From assembly GCA_963845755.1 (NCBI GenBank), contig CAWJTV010000013.1, positions 224,001 to 288,000 on the forward strand: a DNA stretch of 64,000 nucleotides. The letters are read 5' to 3'. This document shows positions 1 through 10,426 of the stretch, one piece after another. The notes under the pieces were generated by a model. It was not told the origin of the DNA. It saw nothing but the letters and a program-made list of their open reading frames with translations, and did no database searches. How positions within the stretch are numbered: position 1 is the stretch's first letter; every line of letters begins with the position of its first letter. A program made the position numbers and the translations under genes. Origin of the DNA: an uncultured Planctomycetota bacterium (GTDB lineage: Bacteria; Planctomycetota; Planctomycetia; Isosphaerales; Isosphaeraceae).

Positions 1-1
1 G

Positions 2-1027
2 CGGCTGGCCGCGCTGGCGCCGGGGCCGGAGCCGAAGCGGGTCTTCTTCACCAATAGCGGTGCGGAGGCGATCGAGGCCGCCTTGAAGCTGGCGCGGCAT
101 CACACCGGTCGCAACCGGGCGCTGGCGTTCATGAACGCCTTCCACGGGCGGACCTACGGCGCACTGTCCCTGAGCGGGTCGAAGCCCCTGCAACGCCGCG
201 GGTTCTCGCCGCTGGTCCCCGACATCCATCACGCGCGGTACGGCGACCTCGACAGCGTCAAGGCCCTGCTGAAAACCATCTGCCCGGCGGAGGAGCTCGC
301 GGCCATCTTCGTCGAGCCCATCCAGGGGGAGGGGGGATACATCGTCCCGCCGCCCGAGTTCCTGCCGGGCCTGCGCCGGCTCTGCGACGAGCATGGCGTC
401 CTGCTTGTGCTCGACGAGATCCAGAGCGGTATCGGGCGGACCGGCAAGATGTTCGCCTCCGAGCATTGGGACGTGGCCGGGGACATCGTCTGCCTGGCCA
501 AGGGGATCGCCAACGGCCTTCCGCTGGGTGCCATCGTCGCCCGGGCCTCGGTGATGGACTGGCCCAGCGGGAGCCACGCCTCGACGTTCGGTGGTAATCC
601 GGTCGCCTGTGCGGCGTCCCTGGCGACGTTGCGCCTGGTCGAGCGCCGCTATCGGGCTAATGCCGTCCGGCGCGGCCGTGAGGTGCGCGCGGGCCTGGAA
701 AACCTGGCCCGTCGCTTTCCGATCGTTCGCGACGTCCGGGGACTTGGCTTGATGATCGGCATGGAGATCCAGGGTTTCGATGGCAATCCCCATCCCGGTC
801 TTCGCGATTCGATCATCAACACGGCTTTTTATCGCGGTCTGCTCCTGCTCCCGTGCGGGCCGAGCACCGTCCGGTTCTGCCCGCCCTTGTGCTTGACAAA
901 GCGTCAGGTCGAGATCGGGCTCGATCGGGTCGAAGCCGCGATGACGGCGGTCATCGAAGAGGCCGGCGAGACGACAACGAAAGAAGCAGGCCGGGAGCTG
1001 GAGGAAATCACTCCGGACTCGATCTGA
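2..1027 (+). CDS. Class III PLP-dependent aminotransferase (GabT/ArgD/lysine aminotransferase-like), 5' end outside window
   Basis: Frame open from window start (RVFFTNSGAEAIEAALKLAR); motifs FHGRT, FVEPIQGEGG, DEIQSGIGRTG, AKGIANG (PLP Lys), STFGGNP. Confidence 0.9.
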   Translation, partial: RLAALAPGPEPKRVFFTNSGAEAIEAALKLARHHTGRNRALAFMNAFHGRTYGALSLSGSKPLQRRGFSPLVPDIHHARYGDLDSVKALLKTICPAEELAAIFVEPIQGEGGYIVPPPEFLPGLRRLCDEHGVLLVLDEIQSGIGRTGKMFASEHWDVAGDIVCLAKGIANGLPLGAIVARASVMDWPSGSHASTFGGNPVACAASLATLRLVERRYRANAVRRGREVRAGLENLARRFPIVRDVRGLGLMIGMEIQGFDGNPHPGLRDSIINTAFYRGLLLLPCGPSTVRFCPPLCLTKRQVEIGLDRVEAAMTAVIEEAGETTTKEAGRELEEITPDSI

Positions 1028-1042
1028 TCACGGATCTCACAT

Positions 1043-1070
1043 AGGTCGGGCTGGAAAGCCCGACCCACGT
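1043..1070. repeat. REP-like palindrome (GGTCGGGCTGGAAAGCCCGACC family)
   Basis: Short intergenic hairpin; same family as 25724-25787. Confidence 0.6.
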
Positions 1071-1102
1071 CCGACTTCAAGGCGGAGAACGGGAGAATCA
1101 CC

Positions 1103-2537
1103 ATGGCGCTGATGACGGCGACGGCCGAGCCCCCCTCGTTGGAATGGGAATGGAAGCGATGGCCACAGACCGAGACATTCGTCGACGAGCTGATCGCGAT
1201 AGCCCTGGAGGGGAATGGCTTCGCGCGCGTGCTGGCCGACCGCCTGCCGCGCGAGACCGGGACGCGGTTCGCGATCTGGATCGATCACCTGGTGGTCACC
1301 GGCGGGCCGGGCCTGTCGGCTCGGCTCGGGGCCCTGGGTTATGAACGCCAGCCGAATCCCTATGGGGTCGGCGTGCCGGTCTTCGCCCATCCTGGCGGGA
1401 TCTTCCCCCGGATCGCGCTGGCCATCGGCGGCTCGGGCAACTCGGACGGAATACCATCCGGCGTGCGAGAAGTCGCGATCAAGGTGGATTCGGTGGCGGC
1501 GTTCTCCCGCGCCCACGACCTGGGGCTGGAGATCGTCGGGTATCCGATGGGTCCCTACCGAATCGCTCGGGTTCCGGGCGAACGGACGACGCTGGCGGTC
1601 GTCGAGCGGCGCGGTTATCTGGGATTCGAACCGTTCCCCGGCGAGCTGGCCCGGGACGGCCGGATGAAGCCGCACGCCGCCCGCGACGCCCTGGCGGCGC
1701 TCGACCTCTGGCGGGCGCGCCGGCGTCGCTTCGATGACGACGCCGAAGGGCTCACCGCGACCGAGAACACTCTGGAGCGAGTCATCGAGCTCGCGGGTTC
1801 GACCGACCTGGCCTGCCATCTCGTCTTCGAGGCCGAGCGCGAGTACTGGCAATCGCGCAACGCCACCGCGCGCGTCCAGAAGGACCGGCAGGACCGGTTC
1901 GGCCTGGGCTGGGCCAACCACGACCACCATACCTTCCGATGCTCGCGACGGTCCTTCCCGCGGCTCATGGGCCTCTTCACCCGGCTGGGCTTCCAGCTCC
2001 GCGAGCGGTTCCATGCGGGCGCAGCACGCAGGCTGGGGCGCCCAGATCCTGGAGCATCCGGTCACGGGCATCGTGATCTTCGCCGACCTCGACCTCGCCC
2101 CGGAGGAAGCGACCGAGGACTTCGCCCATCAAGTACTCCCCGACCTGCCCCGGCCCGGGACGGTCGGCCTCTGGGTTGCACTCCACGGCGAGTCGATCCT
2201 CGAATCCGGGATGCATCACCTGGAAGCCCAGTTCGACTTCGACTCTTTGCGCGATGGGCTCAAGGCCGAGTCCGGCATCGAGACCATGGCCCCCTTCTCG
2301 AACTTCCCGTTCCTCCGGCAAGCCTTCACGGCCGGCGAGCGGTGGTCTGTTTCCCAGCACCGCGCCGACCGGGCACTCCACCTCGGTTGGATCGACGCCG
2401 ATCAACATCAGAAGTTCCTCCGGGAAGGGACGATCGGAAGCCATCTCGAGAACCTGGAGCGGCGCGAAGGTTACAAGGGCTTCAACCAGCAGGCCGTCAG
2501 CGCGATCATCGCCGCGACCGATCCGCGCCTGCATTAA
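1103..2537 (+). CDS. VOC-fold non-heme iron enzyme, HglS/DUF1338-like (putative 2-oxoacid dioxygenase/decarboxylase); frameshift near 2020
   Basis: ORFs 1103.. and ..2537 join near ERFHAG/AQHAGWGAQ; candidate 2-His-1-Glu motifs HDHHTFR, MHHLEA, HLENLERREGYKGF. Confidence 0.6.
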
Positions 2538-2604
2538 TCGTAGGGTGCTCTGCAAGCACCGATTGATCGTCGAAGCCGATGTCGGGGACTCACCGAGGAA
2601 CCGC

Positions 2605-4254
2605 ATGACCGTGATACCTGCCGATGCCCGCGTCGTTGCCCGCCACCAGACCGAACGCGACCTGCGGGCGCTGACGGCCGAGCTTCTGGAAGACGAGGAA
2701 CGCCTCCGCCTCGGGGGCGGACTGGAGGCGGTCGAGCGTCAACATGCCAAAGGGAGGAAGACGGCGCGCGAGCGGATCAATGGGCTGCTGGATCCCGGCG
2801 CGCCACCCTCGAGCTGGGTCTGTGGGCCGGATACCAGATCTATGATGAGTGGGGCGGCGCCCGGCGCGGGGGTCGTCACGGTGATCGGATCGGTCCATGG
2901 CCGCCGCGTGATGATCGTGGCCAACGACGCCACGGTCAAGGCGGGCGCATGCTTCCCGTTGACGATCAAGAAGATCTTGCGGGCCCAGACGATCGCCGGT
3001 CAGAATCGGCTGCCGCTGGTCTATCTCGTCAACTCCTCGGGCGTCTTCCTGCCGATGCAGGACGAGGTCTTCCCCGACGAGGACGACTTCGGACGGATCT
3101 TTCGCAACAATGCGGTCCTCTCGGCGCGGGGGATCCCGCAGCTCGCCGCGATCATGGGGAACTGTGTCGCGGGCGGCGCCTATCTGCCGGTCCTGTGCGA
3201 CACCGTGCTGATGACCGAGGGATCCGGTCTCTACCTGGCCGGCCCGGCGCTGGTGAAAGCCGCGATTGGCCAGGAGATCGCGCATGAGGACCTGGGAGGC
3301 GCCCACGTCCACGCGGCAATCAGCGGGACGGTCGATTACCGCGAGCCGGACGACGATGCCTGCCTGGCGCGCTTGCGACGGCTGATCGCCCTGTTGCCCC
3401 CCGACCCCGAGTCGATCTCCGGCCGGATCGCCATCGAGCCGCCATCGCGACCCTCGGATGACGTGTATTCGATCGTCCAATCCGACCCCTCGCTCCAGTA
3501 CGATGTACGAGACCTGCTCGCAGCGATCCTCGACGGCGGCCGGCTCGATGAATACCGCGCCGAGTTCGGCCGGACGCTGGTCTGCGGATTCGGCCGGATG
3601 GGCGGGATCGCGCTCGGGATCGTGGCGTCGCAACGGCTCCGGTTCCGGCCCGAGGGCGGCGGCCCGTTCCAGTTCGGAGGCGTGATCTATGGCGACAGCG
3701 CGGACAAGGCCGCGCGGTTCGTGCTCGAGTGCAATCAGAGCCGGCTGCCGATCCTCTTCATTCAGGACGTCAATGGCTTCGACGTGGGCCGCGATGCCGA
3801 GCGTAGCGGGATCATTCGCCGCGGGGCCAAGCTGGTCAACGCGGTGAGCAACAGCACGGTCCCGAAGTTGACGCTGATCGTGGGTCACTCCTTCGGAGCG
3901 GGCCACTATGCCCTCTGCGGCCGTGCCTTCGACCCTCGTTTCCTCTTCGCCTGGCCGTCGGCACGATACGCCGTCATGGGCGCGCAGCAAGCGGCGAAGA
4001 CCATGCTGGATGTCAACGTCGCCACGCTCAAACGCCAGGGCAAGAAGGTCGACGATGCCGAGCTCGCCGCCATGGCCGAGGAGTTACGCGGTCGTTACGA
4101 CCACGAGACCGACATCCGCTACGCCGCCGCCCGATTGTGGCTCGACGCGATCATCGCCCCGGACAATACGCGCGAGGTCTTGACGATGGCCCTGGACGTC
4201 GCGGTCCGGAACCGCGAGGCAGTGCCTGTGGGCACGGGGGTGTTTCAAGTCTAG
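2605..4254 (+). CDS. Acyl-CoA carboxylase carboxyltransferase subunit (MccB/LiuB/AtuC-like)
   Basis: ARERINGLLD, ANDATVKAGA, MGNCVAGGAY, EDLGGAHVH, GHSFGAGHY, YAAARLWLD; compensating indels near 2805-2860 (LELGLWAGYQIYDEWGG in alternate frame). Confidence 0.9.
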   Translation: MTVIPADARVVARHQTERDLRALTAELLEDEERLRLGGGLEAVERQHAKGRKTARERINGLLDPGAPPSSWVCGPDTRSMMSGAAPGAGVVTVIGSVHGRRVMIVANDATVKAGACFPLTIKKILRAQTIAGQNRLPLVYLVNSSGVFLPMQDEVFPDEDDFGRIFRNNAVLSARGIPQLAAIMGNCVAGGAYLPVLCDTVLMTEGSGLYLAGPALVKAAIGQEIAHEDLGGAHVHAAISGTVDYREPDDDACLARLRRLIALLPPDPESISGRIAIEPPSRPSDDVYSIVQSDPSLQYDVRDLLAAILDGGRLDEYRAEFGRTLVCGFGRMGGIALGIVASQRLRFRPEGGGPFQFGGVIYGDSADKAARFVLECNQSRLPILFIQDVNGFDVGRDAERSGIIRRGAKLVNAVSNSTVPKLTLIVGHSFGAGHYALCGRAFDPRFLFAWPSARYAVMGAQQAAKTMLDVNVATLKRQGKKVDDAELAAMAEELRGRYDHETDIRYAAARLWLDAIIAPDNTREVLTMALDVAVRNREAVPVGTGVFQV

Positions 4255-4490
4255 ATCGGCGGCGTTCAGGAAGTCGATGACGAACCCCGTGCGCACGATC
4301 CGCCCTTCTTCGTAATGATCCCATACCTTCTTGGATGCCGGTTTCATTTGCCTCGCCTCCGCATCCGCCTGACAATGGAGACGCGAGAGGAACCTCAATC
4401 AGAGGGCCCCGAGTCACAAATTGCGACTTTCTTGATTCTCAGATAACATGCAACTTGCGTCAATCCGACCCGTGGTCAAGGTTGATAACG

Positions 4491-5907
4491 ATGGAACGCC
4501 GTGTCGCCACTCCTCTTCCGAGAACTCTACGTGTCGGCAACGGCGCCGGCTTCTGGGGCGATAATCTCGATGCGCCCTACCTGTTGGCCCGCGACGGACA
4601 TCTCGAGGTGCTCACGCTCGAATACCTCGCCGAGCTGACCATGGCCATCCTGAGCCATCTGCGGAGCAAGAGTCCGGCGGCGGGTTATGTGACCGACGTC
4701 CCCGAGCTGGTCGAGCGGCTGGTGCCGATCCTCCGCGATCAGCCGGGACTGCGGATCGTCACCAACGGCGGGGGTCTGAATCCGAGATCGTGCGCGACGC
4801 GCTGCGGAGAGATCCTGTCGCGGGCCGGGGCCGGAGAGACGGTCATCGGGGTGATCACGGGGGATGACGTGCTGGACCGCATCCCCGGATGGATCGGCGA
4901 GGGGATCGACCTGGCCCATCTCGAGACCGGCGAGCCGATCACTAGTGTTGCCGGGCGGCTGGTGGCGGCCAACGTCTACCTCGGGGCGCGGCCGATCGCG
5001 GCGGCGCTGCAAGGCGGATCGCGCGTGGTGCTGACCGGACGGGTCGCCGATGCCTCGTTGACCCTCGGTCCGGCGGCGGCCCATTTCGGCTGGTCGTGGG
5101 ACGACTGGAACCGGCTGGCCGGGGCCTCGACCGCCGGTCACCTGATCGAGTGCGGCGCCCAGGCGACGGGCGGGTTGTGGAACGACTGGGCCGAGATCCC
5201 GGACCTCGCGGGGATCGGCTACCCGATCGCCGAGATCGCCGAGGATGGCTCGTTCGCGATCACCAAGCCGGTGGGGACCGGCGGGAAAATCAGCGTCGGG
5301 ACCGTTACCGAACAGCTCCTCTACGAGATCGATGACCCGTCGCGGTATCGAACTCCCGATGTGGACGTGGATTTCACGCGGCTGTCGATGACCGAGCCGG
5401 AGACGGATCGCGTGGTCGTGACCGGTGCGGCCGGGAACTCGCCATCGGACCGGCTCAAGTTGGTGGGCGTCTACCGGGACGGCTGGACCGCCAGCGGCAT
5501 GCTGGCCGTGGTGGGCCGTGATGCCGAGGCCAAGGCGCGCGGGCCGGCGCGGTGATCCTCGAGCGCGTCCGCGCGCGGGACTTGAGCTGGCGGATACGCT
5601 GGTCGAATGCCTCGGAGCGGGAGACGTGGCACCTGGGGTGATCCGCCCGACGGCTCCCTCGTTCGAGGTCGTCCTGCGCGTGACGGTCCGCGATCCCAAT
5701 CGGCACGCGGTTGAGCGATTCTGCCGGGAGCTGGCGCCCCTGGTCACCGCCGGACCGCCCGGGATCGCCGGCTATGCCTCCGGACGGCCCACACCGCGAC
5801 CTGCCTTCGGATACTGGCCGGCCCTGGTGCCCCGTTCGCTGGGCGAGGACCGGGTCGGCCTCGACGCCCGGCCTGCCTCGGCCTGGATGGGGGCGTCGGC
5901 AATGTGA
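4491..5907 (+). CDS. atuA: Acyclic terpene utilization AtuA-family protein (DUF1446); frameshift near 5545
   Basis: LRVGNGAGFWGD, EYLAELTM, NVYLGA, TGRVADAS, AGHLIECGAQATGG, EQLLYEI. Confidence 0.85.
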
Positions 5908-5955
5908 TGCGAATCGGAGACGAGTCCTTGACGACACGGTGAGTGAATCCCGACT

Positions 5956-6325
5956 ATGCTTGAACACTCGCGATCGATACGGCTGGGGGAGTTGGCGCAG
6001 CACGCGCAGCGGCGACAAGGGAGATCGCTCCAACATCGGCGTCGTCGCGCGCGATGACTCGGCCTACGCCTGGCTCGAAACGAATATGACGGAAGCAGTC
6101 GTCTCCGAGTTCCTGCGGCCGTTGGGGATCGCGTCCGTCCGACGTTACGAGCTGCCTCGGCTCCACGCATTCAACTTCGTCATCGACCATGCCCTGGCGG
6201 GCGGGGCCAGTCGGTCCTTGCGCCTGGACACGCAGGGCAAGGCGCTTGGGGTCGTGCTCCTGGAACTTCCCCTACCGGCACCGGACGATCGACCCATCAC
6301 GGAATCGGAGGTCTCGAAATCATGA
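5956..6325 (+). CDS. Stand-alone AtuA C-terminal-like small protein; frameshift near 6000
   Basis: RSGDKGDRSNIGV...RYELP...NFVI...GGASRSLRLDTQGK. Confidence 0.75.
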
Positions 6326-7117
6326 GCACACGTCCGCTGATCCGCGAGAATCGTGGAGCTGTCGCGGTTTTCACGCTCAACCGCCCCGAGCGTCGCAATG
6401 CCTTGTCGCGTGCGCTGCTGGCCCAGCTCCGCGACGCGGTCGACGATGTCGGCGTCGATCTGGGGGTCCGGGTTGTCGTATTGACGGGGGCCGGAGCCGC
6501 GTTCTCCACGGGCATGGACCTCAAGGAGGCCGCGGACATGCACGCCGCGCCCGACGGCGAACACGCGATGGTCGCCGTCTCGAAGGAATTCGCCGATTTG
6601 CTCCAGTGTATCCACACCCTCTCCAAACCGGTGATCGCCGCGGTCAACGGCGACGCGATGGCCGGCGGTGCCGGCCTGATGGCCGCCTGCGACCTGGCCG
6701 TCGCCGCCGAGACTGCCCGCATCGGCTATCCGGAAGTCCGGCGCGGGCTGGTTGCCGCGATCGTGATGCACGACCTGATCCGGCAGGTCGGCGACCGTCT
6801 GCGCGCGCCAACTGCTCCTGACCGGCGACTTGATCTCCAGCAAGGTGGCTCATGACTGGGGCCTCGTCAATACCGTCACGCCGCCCGAGCGTTGTCTCGA
6901 GGAGGCGATCCGGATGGCCGAGGGCCTCATCGCGAATGGGCCGATCGCCCTGGCGACGACCAAGCGGATCCTCGATGAGGCCGAGGGCCGCCCGCCGAAC
7001 CTCCGGGGAGCCGCGGCGATCAGTGCCGTCGTCCGGGCCTCCGAGGAGGCCCATGAAGGCATCAGCGCGTTCGTCGAGAAGCGAACGCCGCGATGGGCCG
7101 CCTCGAAACCGGGTTAG
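6322..7117 (+). CDS. Enoyl-CoA hydratase/isomerase (methylglutaconyl-CoA hydratase-like); frameshift near 6800
   Basis: TLNRPERRNAL, FSTGMDL, AVNGDAMAGGAGL, PEVRRGL, EGISAFVEKR. Confidence 0.9.
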
Positions 7118-7328
7118 CCAGAAGTCGAAGGGCATTCCAGATTCCGGATTCGAGATTCCGGATTCTCGGGCCCTGGTGTCGAAGGTATGATTCGAATCCC
7201 ATCGATCGAGGTCCTTGAAACCGGGTTGGCCAGAAGTCGAAGGGCATTCCAGATTCCGGATTCGAGATTCCGGATTCTCGGGCCCTGGTGTCGAAGGTAT
7301 GATTCGAATCCCATCGATCGAGGTCCTT
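7105..7328 (+). repeat. Tandem duplication, 2 x 112 bp, containing GATTCC/GATTCG heptamer runs
   Basis: 7105-7216 and 7217-7328 identical except TTAGCC vs TTGGCC. Confidence 0.9.
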
Positions 7329-7361
7329 TTGAGGATCTGGAATTGACGAGGAGGACCCATC

Positions 7362-9047
7362 ATGACCCGGGATACTGCGAAGATGCTCCCCTGGGTGGCC
7401 GGTGAGACAGTCGGGGACGTGCTGGGACGCACGGCTGGGCTGTATCCCGACCGCGATGCCCTGGTCTTCCCGGGCCTGGGACTTCGCTGGTCGTGGCGCG
7501 AGCTGGACGAGCGCGTGGACCGGATCGCCGCGTCCTTGATCGGCCGGGGAGTCGCGCGGCGAGCATGTCGGCATCTGGTCGATGAACGTCCCGGAGTGGG
7601 TGATCACGCAGTTCGCCGCCGGCCGGATCGGCGCGGTGCTCGTGAATGTGAACCCCGCCTATCGACTCCAGGACCTGAAGGACGCCCTGGCGATGGCCGA
7701 CGTGGCGACGCTGATCGTCGGCGCCCGTTCAAGGGGTCGGACTTCGTGGCGATGGTCGAGTCGCTCTGCCCCGAGGTGGCCGCCGCGACGTCGCGCGACT
7801 GGTCGTCCGCGCGGTTCCCCCGGTTGAAGCGGCTGATCGCACTGGGCGACCGGCCCGGTCCGGGCTGGTCGACCTGGTCCGAGCTGGAGGAGGGCGATGA
7901 GGCATCGCGGGCCGAGCTTGCGGATCGTGCCCGGTCCGCCCGCGCGGGCGACATCTACAACATCCAGTTCACCTCGGGCACGACCGGCCTGCCCAAGGGC
8001 GCGATGCTTACACACCGAAATGTGCTCATGAATGCGTTTTACACGGGCGAGCGGCTGCGCTACTCGGCCGACGATCGCGTCTGCGTGCCGGTGCCGTTCT
8101 ACCATTGTTTCGGCTGCGTGCTGGGCACCCTGGTCTGCGCGGTGTATGGGTCGGCGATCGTGGTGCCGGCCCCGTCGTTCGACGCGGGCGCGACCCTCTC
8201 GGCCATCGCCGTCGAGCGCTGCACGTCGGTCTACGGCGTGCCGACGATGTACGTGGCCCAGCTCGAACATCCCGAGTTCAGCCGGTTCGACCTGGCAAGC
8301 CTGCGGACCGGGATCATGTCGGGGGCGCCGTGTCCCTTGCCCCTGATGGAGAAGGTCGTGAGCTCGATGGGGATTCGCGAGATCTGCATCGGTTACGGCC
8401 AGACCGAAGCCTCGCCGATCATCACGTTCACCGACGTGGACGATCCGATCGAGGTCCGGGTCGGGACGGTGGGCCACCCGATCCCGGGGCTGGAGGTCAA
8501 GCTGGTCGACCCCGCGACCGGGCAAGAGCTGGGCATCGATCGGCCGGGCGAGCTCTGCGTGCGCGGACATTGCGTGATGGCCGGCTATTACAACAGCGCC
8601 GAAGCGACGGCGCGCGCCATCGACGGCGACGGCTGGCTCCATACCGGTGACCTGGCTCGCCGCCGCGCGGACGGCAACTACCGGATCGTCGGCCGGAGCA
8701 AGGAGATGATCATCCGGGGCGGCGAGAACATCTATCCCGCCGAAGTCGAGGAGTTCCTGCACCATCATCCGGCGGTGGCCGAGGTCGCCGTGGCCGGGCT
8801 CCCCGACGCCCGGTACGGCGAGGTGGTCGCGGCCTGGGTCGTGACCAGATCCGGCGCCGGCGTCACTCCGGACGACCTGAAATGTTACTGTCACGGCCAG
8901 ATTGCTCACTTCAAGATCCCGAAACACATCATGATCGTCGAGAGCCTTCCGCGGACGGTCACCGGGAAGATCCGCAAACACGTGCTCAGGGAAAACGCGA
9001 TCGGCGCGTTGGAACTCGGGGAAGCTGCGCGGATCGAGACGGCTTAG
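7362..9047 (+). CDS. AMP-dependent acyl-CoA synthetase/ligase; compensating indels near 7560 and 7725
   Basis: FTSGTTGLPKG, YGQTE, GWLHTGD, IVGRSKEMIIRGGENIYP, PRTVTGKIRK. Confidence 0.92.
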   Translation: MTRDTAKMLPWVAGETVGDVLGRTAGLYPDRDALVFPGLGLRWSWRELDERVDRIAASLIGRGVARRACRHLVDERPGVGDHAVRRRPDRRGARECEPRLSTPGPEGRPGDGRRGDADRRRPFKGSDFVAMVESLCPEVAAATSRDWSSARFPRLKRLIALGDRPGPGWSTWSELEEGDEASRAELADRARSARAGDIYNIQFTSGTTGLPKGAMLTHRNVLMNAFYTGERLRYSADDRVCVPVPFYHCFGCVLGTLVCAVYGSAIVVPAPSFDAGATLSAIAVERCTSVYGVPTMYVAQLEHPEFSRFDLASLRTGIMSGAPCPLPLMEKVVSSMGIREICIGYGQTEASPIITFTDVDDPIEVRVGTVGHPIPGLEVKLVDPATGQELGIDRPGELCVRGHCVMAGYYNSAEATARAIDGDGWLHTGDLARRRADGNYRIVGRSKEMIIRGGENIYPAEVEEFLHHHPAVAEVAVAGLPDARYGEVVAAWVVTRSGAGVTPDDLKCYCHGQIAHFKIPKHIMIVESLPRTVTGKIRKHVLRENAIGALELGEAARIETA

Positions 9048-9087
9048 AGTCTACCTTCGTAGGATTCCTGCGCTGTGCGCTTCTGGG

Positions 9088-9173
9088 GAATTCTGGATTC
9101 GAGATTCGAGATTCCCGATGGAACGATTTCGGGATCGGGAATCGGGAATCTCGAATCGGGAATCTCGAATCCC
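9088..9173. repeat. Inverted array of 7-mers (GATTCGA/GATTCCC ... GGGAATC/TCGAATC) between convergent genes; possible terminator
   Basis: Left heptamer run is the reverse complement of the right run. Confidence 0.7.
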
Positions 9174-9277
9174 TCTTGGGTTGCGGCCGAAGGCCGCGTT
9201 AGTCGTCGCGGGCGGGCCGGGCACGATGCGGAAGCACAGTGCCCGCGCCGCCGGGGCTCCACGGGCCGGTCGCAGCA

Positions 9278-10210
9278 TCAGCTCGGGGGAGAGGAGAGCA
9301 TGACGCCGGAAACGGTGTCCTTGTTGAGTTGGTGCGAGCCGTCGGGCCATCTGGTCGTCACGGTCGCGCTCGATTGCCACGCGCCCTGACTGATATCCAC
9401 TTCATGCACTGTATAGGTAATTCCATTCGATTCATAATACGACCTGTTGATGACGGTTCGATTCCCGTGGTTGACGGAATTGACCGTGAACGTAACGGTG
9501 ACGCCATCGGGCCGCTCGAAAGACCCGCTATAAAGGATCTTGTGAGGAGGCACGAACGTGTCCGTACGGGTCTCGGTCTCGATCTGGCCGTTTGGTTCGG
9601 TGACGGTGTTCTGGTAGAAAACGCCGCCCGGGATCGCGGTGTAGTGATCCACCACGGTCTCCGTTCCCTCCGTACCCGGCAGGGTAATCTTCTCAGTAAC
9701 TGTCACGGTCTGGTTGTTGAGTACAAACGTCTCGTCGTCCGTCTGGCTAAGGCCGTCGTAGTAAGTGGTCGTCCACTGCTCGTAAACGGGAAGGCCGGCA
9801 GCGAGGCCCGCCGCCTCCCGCGGAAAAACGTCCAAGATGGGCGGGAGGGGCGCCGCCCGAGCGACGATGGCGTGCTCAGCCTTCATGGCGTGGCCGAAGG
9901 AGCTCAAGGCGATGCGCCCCTCCAACGACAACATCGCGCCAGGGTGGAAGCGTTGAGACGGTCGCACGCCCGAACGCCCCTCAGCCACGAGTACGCCGAA
10001 GGCCCCTCCAATACAGGTCCCGAGGGACATGCTGAACAAAAGGATCGGCACAGCCATACCGGTCTCCGAACTGATCCTTGACCGACCTCCCTGGTCGAGC
10101 CACCAACCGATGGCGACCCCGACGATTCCACCGATCGCCGCACCGATCACGATGCGACGGACAACGGACAACGCGCCGTGGACTTCCTGAGCGGGTTTCA
10201 TGGAAAGCAC
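9278..10210 (-). CDS. Hypothetical membrane-anchored/secreted Thr-rich beta protein with planctomycete LExRxLL-like motif
   Basis: Two N-terminal hydrophobic segments, RFHPGAMLSLEGRIALS, Thr/Val-rich C-terminal half; start uncertain. Confidence 0.55.
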   Translation of the reverse strand: MLSMKPAQEVHGALSVVRRIVIGAAIGGIVGVAIGWWLDQGGRSRISSETGMAVPILLFSMSLGTCIGGAFGVLVAEGRSGVRPSQRFHPGAMLSLEGRIALSSFGHAMKAEHAIVARAAPLPPILDVFPREAAGLAAGLPVYEQWTTTYYDGLSQTDDETFVLNNQTVTVTEKITLPGTEGTETVVDHYTAIPGGVFYQNTVTEPNGQIETETRTDTFVPPHKILYSGSFERPDGVTVTFTVNSVNHGNRTVINRSYYESNGITYTVHEVDISQGAWQSSATVTTRWPDGSHQLNKDTVSGVMLSSPPS

Positions 10211-10326
10211 TCCTCGATGTTGCAGACACGTGCAGGATCGTTGATCTCTAGAAGCAGCATGACGAATTGGGCCGGGTTAGAGCGCCTCGCACTTGGGTTG
10301 CGCACGCGATGACGGTCGATCAGGGG

Positions 10327-10426
10327 CGGCCTGAAAGGCCGCAGGAGCCTCTCCGGCACCCCTACAGGGTGCACGAATAGAGTGCCGGGCCCGAGTCCTG
10401 GGGTTTCACCCCAGGCTATGCTCCTA
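10327..10426. repeat. REP-like palindromic element interrupted by the serine recombinase element (right arm resumes at 12439-12453)
   Basis: CGGCCTGAAAGGCCGCAGGAGC pairs 20/22 with the reconstructed GCTCCTA|CGGCCCTTCAGGCCG; internal hairpin CCTGGGGTTTCACCCCAGG. Confidence 0.75.

Noticed and set aside
2176..2604. N-terminal extension of the carboxyltransferase in the ORF track
   Set aside because: Overlaps the upstream gene; GAGGA RBS supports ATG at 2605
7105..7328. Possible tRNA (TTCGAATCCC) or CRISPR
   Set aside because: No cloverleaf; whole-unit duplication without unique spacers
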